The notes beneath the pieces are model-generated. The model saw only the letters and a program-made list of their open reading frames with translations. It did not search any database and was not told the DNA's origin. From NCBI GenBank assembly GCA_034927595.1, contig JAYFPQ010000017.1, positions 34,224 to 98,223 of the forward strand: a DNA stretch of 64,000 nucleotides, written 5' to 3'. The translations under genes and the position numbers were made by a program. The stretch is from Christensenella sp. (GTDB taxonomy: Bacteria > Bacillota > Clostridia > Christensenellales > CAG-138). Of this stretch, positions 27,155 through 34,358 are shown piece after piece (the first letter of the stretch is position 1; each line of letters begins with the position of its first letter).

Positions 27155-27238
27155 AGGCAAGAATTCCAAATTAGGATTTAACAAAACGAAAACAAAATTG
27201 ATTTAGAATAAAAGAGAATTCGAAAGGAAATAATTATT

Positions 27239-27592
27239 ATGGCACTCTTTGGAAAACGGAAAGAAAAAGAAGAACCGAAATCTTCCTGCTGCTGCGGCGC
27301 GGGCTGCGACTGCAACAGCATGGAACAAGCGGAAAGCGCGAAGACGGAAGGTGCTTCCGTAAAGGTGCTCGGCAGCGGCTGCCAGAAGTGCAACGCGCTG
27401 GAAGCGGCGACCAAGGAAGCGCTCGCCCAGCTTGGTATGGACACCACGATTGAGCACGTAACCGATTTTGCGAAGATCGCAAGTTATGGCGTGATGACGA
27501 CGCCCGCGCTGGTCGTGGACGGCAAAGTCGTTTCCTACGGCAAGGTGCTCAAGACCGAGGAAGTCGTCGCGATTCTCAAGAAAATTCGATAA
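27239..27592 (+). CDS. thioredoxin_3-type redox-active disulfide protein with Cys-rich N-terminal extension
   Basis: 117 aa. The core VKVLGSGCQKCNALE...YGVMTTPALVVDGKVV resembles the small glutaredoxin-like proteins common next to ArsP-type permeases. The N-terminal extension is KSSCCCGAGCDCNS. Confidence 0.75.
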   Translation: MALFGKRKEKEEPKSSCCCGAGCDCNSMEQAESAKTEGASVKVLGSGCQKCNALEAATKEALAQLGMDTTIEHVTDFAKIASYGVMTTPALVVDGKVVSYGKVLKTEEVVAILKKIR

Positions 27593-27622
27593 CAAGAACG
27601 AACGAGGGGGACAGGGATTTGT

Positions 27623-28678
27623 ATGGAAGCGAAAAAAAGCTCCGGCATTGGTTTCTTTGAAAAATATCTGACGCTCTGGGTCATTCTCTGCATGGTTGCC
27701 GGCGTATTGATCGGGCGGTTTTTGCCCGACGTTCCGGCGTTTTTAGGCAAGTTTGAGTACGCGAACGTTTCCATTCCCATTGCGATTCTGATTTGGCTGA
27801 TGATTTACCCCATGATGCTCAAGGTGGATTTCCAGAGCATTCGGGACGTCGGCAAAAATCCAAAGGGGCTGTTCGTCACGTGGGTCACCAACAGGCGGAT
27901 CAAACCGTTTACGATGTTTGGCATCGCCTGGCTGTTTTTCTTCGTAATTTTCAAGACACTGATTCCGGCCGACCTGGCCAAGGACTATCTCGCGGGGGCA
28001 ATTCTGCTTGGCGCCGCGCCCTGCACGGCAATGGTCTTCGTTTGGAGCCATCTGACCAAGGGCAACGCGGCCTATACGGTGGTGCAGGTTGCGACGAACG
28101 ACCTGATCATCCTCGTCGCGTTTACGCCGATTGTCGCACTGTTGCTCGGCATTGGCGGGGTAAAGATTCCCTGGGACACGCTGCTGCTCTCCGTTGCGCT
28201 GTTTGTCGTGATTCCGCTCGTCGGCGGCATGCTCACGCGAAACACCGTGATTAAAAAGCGCGGGCTGGAATACTTTGAAAAAGGCTTTCTGCCGAAGTTC
28301 AGCAATGTCACCATCGCGGGGCTGCTGCTTACGCTCGTGATCATCTTCTCTTTCCAGGGCAAGGTGATTCTGGAAAACCCGCTGCACATCGTGCTGATCG
28401 CCGTGCCGCTCGTGATTCAGACGTTCCTGATCTTCTTTATCGCCTATGGCGCAAGTAGGCTTCTCAAACTGCCGCACGACATCGCCGCGCCCGCGGGCAT
28501 GATTGGCGCTTCCAACTTCTTTGAACTCGCGGTTGCGGTTGCGATATCGCTGTTTGGGGCGAAGAGCCCCGTTGCGCTGGCAACCATCGTTGGCGTGCTG
28601 GTGGAGGTCCCCGTTATGCTGACGCTGGTGAAAATTGCAAATCGAACCACGCACTGGTTCCCCGAATCGAACAAATAG
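27623..28678 (+). CDS. acr3: ACR3 family arsenite efflux transporter
   Basis: 351 aa. Motifs: FFEKYLTLWVILCMVAGVLIG, GAAPCTAMVFVW (conserved Cys), NFFELAVAVA (conserved Glu). Confidence 0.88.
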   Translation: MEAKKSSGIGFFEKYLTLWVILCMVAGVLIGRFLPDVPAFLGKFEYANVSIPIAILIWLMIYPMMLKVDFQSIRDVGKNPKGLFVTWVTNRRIKPFTMFGIAWLFFFVIFKTLIPADLAKDYLAGAILLGAAPCTAMVFVWSHLTKGNAAYTVVQVATNDLIILVAFTPIVALLLGIGGVKIPWDTLLLSVALFVVIPLVGGMLTRNTVIKKRGLEYFEKGFLPKFSNVTIAGLLLTLVIIFSFQGKVILENPLHIVLIAVPLVIQTFLIFFIAYGASRLLKLPHDIAAPAGMIGASNFFELAVAVAISLFGAKSPVALATIVGVLVEVPVMLTLVKIANRTTHWFPESNK

Positions 28679-28722
28679 GATAGAATGAATTCATCAGAAA
28701 TTCGCTTGAGGAGGCGCGGCAT

Positions 28723-30369
28723 ATGAGAATTGTCATCATTGGCGCAGTGGCGGCGGGAACGTCCGCCGCGGCGAAGGCCAGACGCAACACCGAGGACGCG
28801 CAGATTACGGTCTACGAGAAGGATCGCTTCATTTCGTATTCCGGCTGCGGCATGCCGTATTTCCTCGGCGGCGAGGTTGCGCATGCCGAAGAACTGACTC
28901 CGCGTGACCCTGCATTCTTTTTGAGTAAGTACAACGTTGAGATCAAAACCGAGCACGAGGTGCTTGCCGTTTCGCCGGGGACCAAGAGCCTCTCGGTGAA
29001 GAATCTGCGCACAGGTGAGTTCTTTACGGACGTTTACGACAAGCTCATCCTCGCGACGGGCGCGCGCGCGGTCACCCCGCCGATTCCCGGACGCGATCTG
29101 GAGCACGTGTTCACGCTGCGCAACATCAACGACATGCTGAAGATTCACGCGTTTCTCGATTTGCACAAGCCGAAGACGGCGGCGATTGTCGGCACGGGGT
29201 TCATCGGACTGGAGATGTGCGAAAACCTTCGCAATCTTGGCGTTTCGGTAACCCTGCTCGAGAAACTCCCGCAGGTCACGCCGGGGCTGGACCCCGACAT
29301 GGCGGTGCACGTGGAAGAGCATCTCAAGTCAAGCGGAGTTGCGGTGTATACCGGAGCGTCGATTCAGGAGATCACCCAAGATGCGGTGCTACTCGCGGAC
29401 GGAACGCGCATACCCTCCGAACTAACCCTGCTTTCCACGGGTGTTCGCCCGAACGTCGATCTCGCTTCGGACGCGGGCGTGAAGCTCGGCACCTCCGGTG
29501 CAATTCTCGTCAACGACCGAATGGAGACCAACGTGGCCGACGTCTCCGCCTGCGGGGACTGCGTTGAGCAGTTTCACGTGGTGACCGGCAAGCAGGTCTA
29601 TCGCCCGCTGGGGTCCACCGCGAACAAGACGGGCCGCATCGCGGGGGATTGCATCACCGGCGGATCGCTGCGCTACCGCGGCACGCTCGGTACGGGCATC
29701 TTCCGCGTGCTGGGGCTCACCGTCGGGCAGACGGGACTGAGTGAACGCGAAGCGCGCGAGGCGGGCTACGACGTCGTCTTTTGCCACAACACCAAACCGG
29801 ACAAACCGGAATACCTCGGCGGCAGGGAGATGACGATCAAAGCGGTTGCCGACCGCGCGACCGGGCGGATGCTCGGCGCACAGATCGTCGGCGAGAGCGG
29901 CGTGGACAAGCGAATTGACGTGTTTGCCACCGCGATTACCTATGGCGCGAAGGCGGAGGATCTGTTTCATCTGGATCTGGCGTATGCGCCACCGTTTGCC
30001 ACAACAAAGGATCCGGTCGCGTATACCGGCATGATCCTCGAGAACGCGATTCATGGCGGTAAGCCGTTGATGGGAGCCACCGAGCTGGATGCAAGAAAAA
30101 ACGCAGGTGAGTCGGTAATCGTGATCGACACACGCGTACCGGCTCAGTATGAAAAAGCTCATGTCGACGGCGCGAGGAACATTCCGCATTCGGATGTTCG
30201 AGCGGCTGTGGGTTCGCTGGACAAGGATTCCATCATCGTGACCTACTGCAACAAGGGGGTAACCGGCAACGCCGTGCAGAACATTCTGCTCAATCGCGGC
30301 TTCAAGCGCGTGTACAACCTCTCCGGCGGATTCAAGCAGTACTCCGCCGTGCGGAGAAAGCGCATCTAG
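28723..30369 (+). CDS. CoA-disulfide reductase-type FAD/NAD(P)H oxidoreductase with C-terminal rhodanese domain
   Basis: 548 aa. Motifs: IVIIGAVAAGTSAAAKARR, redox Cys in SYSGCGMPY, second dinucleotide fold AAIVGTGFIGLE. The C-terminal rhodanese has VTYCNKGVTG. Confidence 0.85.
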   Translation: MRIVIIGAVAAGTSAAAKARRNTEDAQITVYEKDRFISYSGCGMPYFLGGEVAHAEELTPRDPAFFLSKYNVEIKTEHEVLAVSPGTKSLSVKNLRTGEFFTDVYDKLILATGARAVTPPIPGRDLEHVFTLRNINDMLKIHAFLDLHKPKTAAIVGTGFIGLEMCENLRNLGVSVTLLEKLPQVTPGLDPDMAVHVEEHLKSSGVAVYTGASIQEITQDAVLLADGTRIPSELTLLSTGVRPNVDLASDAGVKLGTSGAILVNDRMETNVADVSACGDCVEQFHVVTGKQVYRPLGSTANKTGRIAGDCITGGSLRYRGTLGTGIFRVLGLTVGQTGLSEREAREAGYDVVFCHNTKPDKPEYLGGREMTIKAVADRATGRMLGAQIVGESGVDKRIDVFATAITYGAKAEDLFHLDLAYAPPFATTKDPVAYTGMILENAIHGGKPLMGATELDARKNAGESVIVIDTRVPAQYEKAHVDGARNIPHSDVRAAVGSLDKDSIIVTYCNKGVTGNAVQNILLNRGFKRVYNLSGGFKQYSAVRRKRI

Positions 30370-30407
30370 ACGGATTCGATAGAAACAACAGATTGCATCG
30401 AAAACAT

Positions 30408-30440
30408 AAAACCACGCGGGAGATTCCTGCGTGGTTTCTT
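30408..30440. terminator. bidirectional terminator between the ars island and the VOC gene
   Basis: AAAACCACGCGGGA-GAT-TCCTGCGTGGTTT forms a 13-bp stem with one G-T pair. It is flanked by A and T runs. Confidence 0.7.
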
Positions 30441-30460
30441 CATACAAACGATCATCGAGT

Positions 30461-30838
30461 TTATTCGTGCGATTTGTCGCCGATTTCGACGATATGGCCA
30501 TCCGGGTCGTACACGCGAAATAGCGTCTCGCCCCAGGCCGTGAGTTGCAGCGGAAAGAACACCTCAAAGCCCGCGGTAATCAGGCGCTCCTGCAGTTCCG
30601 GCAAATGGTCGGAGGTAAAGTAGAGGTCGAGATTATCCCGCCCCATTGCCTCGCCAGAATAGGGCTTCTGTAGATACTCATAAAACAGGTCCGCGCGATG
30701 CAGCCCCAGATTTCCTTCGAGCAGCACAAACGTGTCAAAGTCCTCTTTGATCCCGATGCCAAGCAGACCGTGGTAAAAGGCCTTCGACGCCTCCATGTCC
30801 CGAACAAACAGAATGGGGTTGCGAAATTGAACCGGCAT
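30461..30838 (-). CDS. VOC (glyoxalase/bleomycin-resistance fold) family protein
   Basis: 125 aa. PILFVRDMEASKAFYHGLLG ... DPDGHIVEI. Confidence 0.75.
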   Translation of the reverse strand: MPVQFRNPILFVRDMEASKAFYHGLLGIGIKEDFDTFVLLEGNLGLHRADLFYEYLQKPYSGEAMGRDNLDLYFTSDHLPELQERLITAGFEVFFPLQLTAWGETLFRVYDPDGHIVEIGDKSHE

Positions 30839-30885
30839 ATTTGGTCTTCCTTTCGTGTGACAATTATTTAGCGGGTTGAGTCGGG

Positions 30886-31434
30886 TTACTCGCCCAGAAG
30901 GCGCGAAACGGCCTCGACCGCGCGCTCCGGCTCGTTCGCCTTGATGCCGATCATGGGCAGCGAAATCCCGCGCGCATCCAGCTCCTGTTTCAGCGCGGCG
31001 AAAAAGAGCCCCTGACCGGCTACCTCTTCGCCGTGGTCCGAGGTGGTCTCAACGCCGCAGCTTGGCGAGCGATTGATTCCGATGACGCCGACGATGGCAA
31101 AACCGTTCTTGCGGTATTCCTCAATCTGATAGACGACCTGCTCCGCGAGCTGTTGCAGCTTCTTTGCAGGAGTTTGCGCTTGCAGCGCGGCGCGAATTCG
31201 CGTGTTTTCGACAATGACCGGGCGCTCGCCGCCGTGCACGTCCCCGCGGTCGAGCCCGAGGCAGAGCAGCTCCGGGCAGGGCATCTGCACGATGCCGACG
31301 TTGTACTCTAGCAACAGCGACACGACGGGAAGATTTGCGGCGGGAAAATCCGCGGTGCCGTCCGAGATGGAATTTTGATTCAGAAAACAGTGCGAAACAA
31401 AAACGACCTTGCGGCTTCTGGCGTCGTGAAACAT
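30886..31434 (-). CDS. DUF523/TudS-like three-Cys protein (putative Fe-S enzyme)
   Basis: 182 aa. VFVSHCFLNQNSISDG, MPCPE and NRSPSCG resemble the C..L......DG / CPE / third-Cys pattern I recall for the DUF523 family. The assignment is tentative. Confidence 0.4.
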   Translation of the reverse strand: MFHDARSRKVVFVSHCFLNQNSISDGTADFPAANLPVVSLLLEYNVGIVQMPCPELLCLGLDRGDVHGGERPVIVENTRIRAALQAQTPAKKLQQLAEQVVYQIEEYRKNGFAIVGVIGINRSPSCGVETTSDHGEEVAGQGLFFAALKQELDARGISLPMIGIKANEPERAVEAVSRLLGE

Positions 31435-31583
31435 AACCTATCTCCTCGGTACTCGTTCAACTTGGTGATCAGGTTCAGGATAGAACCGCTACGGCAGTCT
31501 GTCAAGCATCGATCGCAACGAGCAATAGGAAGTCCATCCCGCTTGACGGCATATGCCTGCCGATAGCTTCGCACTGGAAAATA

Positions 31584-31611
31584 TGGTAGAATTATTTGAA
31601 CAGTTTGTTCA
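31584..31611 (+). promoter_or_regulatory. extended -10 promoter (TGgTAGAAT) with palindrome TGAACA-GTT-TGTTCA at +1
   Basis: TG at 31584..31585 and TAGAAT at 31587..31592. The palindrome is at 31597..31611, about 50 nt upstream of the MoaD-like start. Confidence 0.4.
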
Positions 31612-31662
31612 GAATTGTTGAGAAAGAACCGCACTCGCTCGAACGAAAGATGGTAATGACGC

Positions 31663-31929
31663 ATGGTTGTGTATCTTCGGTTTCTCGCGTTTTCGGATCG
31701 CCTGCCGCGGTCGTTTGCGCCGTTTACCCTGCCGGATGGTTCTAGGACGGAGGATTTACTCCGCGAAGTTCGGCGTCAATGGACGGAAACGGGCGTTGGC
31801 ACGGCCGAGGAACGGGACAATTTGGAAGAGCAGGCTTTGTTGGCTTCGGGGGGCAGGGTGCTGCAACCGGAGGAAGCATTGACGGAAGGACAGCAAATCA
31901 GCGTGATCGGATCGATTCTCGGCGGCTGA
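31663..31929 (+). CDS. MoaD/ThiS-like ubiquitin-fold sulfur-carrier protein
   Basis: 88 aa ending ...GQQISVIGSILGG-stop. The C-terminal Gly-Gly and the ...G(D/Q)x(I/V)xxxxxxxGG pattern are typical of MoaD. The RBS is weak. Confidence 0.55.
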   Translation: MVVYLRFLAFSDRLPRSFAPFTLPDGSRTEDLLREVRRQWTETGVGTAEERDNLEEQALLASGGRVLQPEEALTEGQQISVIGSILGG

Positions 31930-32064
31930 ATACCTGCCGGCTAACCGGCGAACGACGAATTTAAGCAACACCGCAGCTATAATGTGATTGACAGAAGAAA
32001 ACGTTTGTGTATACTAATCGGTAACAAGAAATCGATTCAAACGAAAGAAGAATGAGGAAGAGCT

Positions 32065-32472
32065 ATGGCAAAGGTTTTGCGAGCGAACGGCATGAACAAG
32101 TGCATCGGGTGTTTCACCTGCATGCTCACGTGTGCCGCGGTCAATAAAAAGGAGCATACGACGTTTAAGAGCGCGATTCGCGTCCGCACCACGGGCGGTT
32201 TAACAAGCAGCTTTGTCAGCATCGTCTGCCTTGCCTGCACGGACGAGCGCGCCTGCGCGGAGGCCTGCCCGACGGGCGCGCTGAAGCCGAGAAAGGGTGG
32301 CGGCGTGCTGCTGGAACCGGACAAGTGCATCGGCTGCCGCAAGTGCATCGACGCCTGCATCGTCGGCGCCGTTGGGTTCGACGAGGATTTGAAGGTGCCT
32401 ATCATCTGCAAACACTGCGGCATCTGCGCGCAGTTCTGCCCGCATGAGTGCCTGACGATGGAGGAGGTTTGA
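32065..32472 (+). CDS. 4Fe-4S dicluster ferredoxin-type electron-transfer subunit
   Basis: 135 aa with several CxxCxxCxxxC motifs (CIGCFTCMLTC, CIGCRKCIDAC, CKHCGICAQFCP). Own promoter candidate is TTGACA..TATACT near 31989..32016. Confidence 0.85.
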   Translation: MAKVLRANGMNKCIGCFTCMLTCAAVNKKEHTTFKSAIRVRTTGGLTSSFVSIVCLACTDERACAEACPTGALKPRKGGGVLLEPDKCIGCRKCIDACIVGAVGFDEDLKVPIICKHCGICAQFCPHECLTMEEV

Positions 32473-32475
32473 GCC

Positions 32476-34260
32476 ATGTTCAACGAAGACAAACGCATCC
32501 TGTTCATCGACTTAAACACCGAAAAGCTGCGCATTGAGAAGCGTCCGGACCTCAACGAATATCTCGGCGGGGTCGGCATCGCGATGAAGCTCTTCGAAGA
32601 GAACGTTCACGTAGACCTTCCGCCGCTGCATGAAACCCAGCCGGTGGTCTTTGCCGTAGGCGCGCTGACCTCGATTTTCCCCGTCATGACCAAGACGGTT
32701 GCCGTGTTCTACTCGCCGCATACCGGCGAACTGGGCGAGAGCTACGCGGGCGGCCGCCTCGCGTTTGCGATGATGGACGCCGGGTTCGACGCCATCGTCA
32801 TCACCGGAAAATCGAAGAAACCGACCTACATTTCGGTTCGCTCGGACAGCGTTTCGTTTCGCGATGCGCGCGCCCTCTGGGGACTGCCGAGCACGGTCAT
32901 CGGCCGCATCATTCGCGAGCGGGAGCCGGGCCCCGGCAAGCGCAGCATCATTCGCATCGGCCCCGCGGGCGAAAACGGCGTGACCTACGCGAGCGTCTGC
33001 GTGGACACCTATCGCCACTTTGGGCGGCTTGGTCTCGGCGCGGTGCTGGGGTCGAAGAACCTCAAAGCGATGCAGGTCTATGGCACGACGTCGATTCCGA
33101 TCAAGGACTTTACGGCGTACTGGAAGGCCTATCGCGAAATCTACAAGAAATGCACGGACACCGAGCTCATGCAGAAGTATCACGACCTCGGCACGTCCAT
33201 CAACATTGAGCCGCTCAACGCGCTCGGCGTATTGCCGACCAAGAACCTCAAGCAGGCGGTGTTTGAGCATGGCGACAAGATCAGCGGCGAGCAGTTTGCC
33301 GAGTGCAATCTGGTTCGAAAGATGGCCTGCGTCGGCTGCCCGGTGGGCTGCATCCACATTGGTCAGTTCCGCCGCGAGTTTGACAAGGCGGGGCACGAGT
33401 ACGAGTCCATCAGTGTCGGCTACGATTACGAGCTGATCTTTGCGCTCGGCAGCTACCTTGGCATCAAGTCGACGGACGAAATTCTGGAGCTGATCGACGA
33501 GGTCGAGGAGCTGGGCATGGACGCGATGTCCGCCGGTGTTGCGCTCGGTTGGGCGACGGAAGCGTTCCAGCGGGGGCTCGTCACCGAAAAAGAAACCCTC
33601 GTTCCGCTCAAATTCGGCGAGAAGGACAACTACCTCAAGGCGCTGCGCTACATCGCCTGCATGGAAAACGACTTTTACTCCGCGCTGGGCAAGGGCGTTG
33701 CCCATGCGTCGAGCGTCTATGGCGGCAAGGACTATGCCATGCAGATTGCGGGCAACGAGATGGCGGGGTATCATACGGGCTACGGCGCGCTGATCGGCAT
33801 GGCCTGCGGCGCGCGGCACTCGCACCTTTGCAACGGCGGGTACTCGATTGACCAGGGCTTGAAGACGCCGGACGTCGACGTGATCGTCGACAAGATGTTC
33901 AAGGAAGAGGTCGACCGCTGCATGCTCAACTCCCTTGTCATGTGCCTCTTTGCGCGAAAGGTCTACGACCGTGACACGATTCTTTTGGCGCTCAACTCGG
34001 TTGGGTACCAGTTTACGAGCGACGATTTGTCGCACATTGCCGAGAAAATCTATGCAACGAAGATTCGCGTCAAGCGCGCCATGGGATTTGAGCAGGAGAA
34101 GGTGGAGTTTCCGAAGCGCTTCTTCGAAACACCCAGCCTGCACGGTCTGCTGGATGAGGCAACCGCCTACGAAGCGCAGCGTAAGTTCAACGCACTGACC
34201 AACGCGCTGGTATCGAAATACGAACCCGCGCCCGAACCGAAAGCGGCAAGCGACAAGTAA
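32476..34260 (+). CDS. aldehyde:ferredoxin oxidoreductase family (tungsto/molybdopterin) enzyme
   Basis: 594 aa. AOR N-terminal domain (ILFIDLNTEKLRIEKRPDLNEYLGGVGIAMKL). The Fe-S ligand region is ACVGCPVGCIH. Starts 3 nt after the ferredoxin gene. Confidence 0.88.
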   Translation: MFNEDKRILFIDLNTEKLRIEKRPDLNEYLGGVGIAMKLFEENVHVDLPPLHETQPVVFAVGALTSIFPVMTKTVAVFYSPHTGELGESYAGGRLAFAMMDAGFDAIVITGKSKKPTYISVRSDSVSFRDARALWGLPSTVIGRIIREREPGPGKRSIIRIGPAGENGVTYASVCVDTYRHFGRLGLGAVLGSKNLKAMQVYGTTSIPIKDFTAYWKAYREIYKKCTDTELMQKYHDLGTSINIEPLNALGVLPTKNLKQAVFEHGDKISGEQFAECNLVRKMACVGCPVGCIHIGQFRREFDKAGHEYESISVGYDYELIFALGSYLGIKSTDEILELIDEVEELGMDAMSAGVALGWATEAFQRGLVTEKETLVPLKFGEKDNYLKALRYIACMENDFYSALGKGVAHASSVYGGKDYAMQIAGNEMAGYHTGYGALIGMACGARHSHLCNGGYSIDQGLKTPDVDVIVDKMFKEEVDRCMLNSLVMCLFARKVYDRDTILLALNSVGYQFTSDDLSHIAEKIYATKIRVKRAMGFEQEKVEFPKRFFETPSLHGLLDEATAYEAQRKFNALTNALVSKYEPAPEPKAASDK

Positions 34261-34277
34261 GACAAAACACGGTAAAT

Positions 34278-34312
34278 AAAACGAGCGCTCCGTCGATGGA
34301 GCGCTCGTTTTC
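34278..34312. terminator. bidirectional rho-independent terminator
   Basis: AAAACGAGCGCTCC-GTCGAT-GGAGCGCTCGTTTT, an 11-bp GC-rich stem with flanking A and T tracts, between convergent genes. Confidence 0.8.
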
Positions 34313-34358
34313 TGTTTGTCATTCGTTCTTGATCGTTCGTCAACTCGAAGGCTGTTTT

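Noticed and set aside
26455-27174. 239-aa alternative-frame ORF over ccdA, and the 186-aa ORF at 3263..3823 over the SBP gene.
   Set aside because: The in-frame alternatives (CcdA with TPCAL/SPCATP motifs, and a lipoprotein with a lipobox) are clearly the real genes. The overlapping frames are Arg-rich shadows.
31597-31611. Treating TGAACA-GTT-TGTTCA (31597) and TGAACA-TA-TGTTCA (61588) as the same operator or SOS box.
   Set aside because: The half-sites are identical, but the spacing differs (GAAC-N5-GTTC versus GAAC-N4-GTTC). A dimeric regulator would not normally tolerate this. I kept them as separate observations.
31435-32064. Moco/Wco riboswitch upstream of the MoaD-like and AOR genes.
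   Set aside because: I looked for the conserved Moco-motif core and a multi-stem architecture and did not recognise them. The regions contain only short hairpins (GGTTC-AGGATA-GAACC, GCCGG-CTAA-CCGGC) and ordinary promoters.
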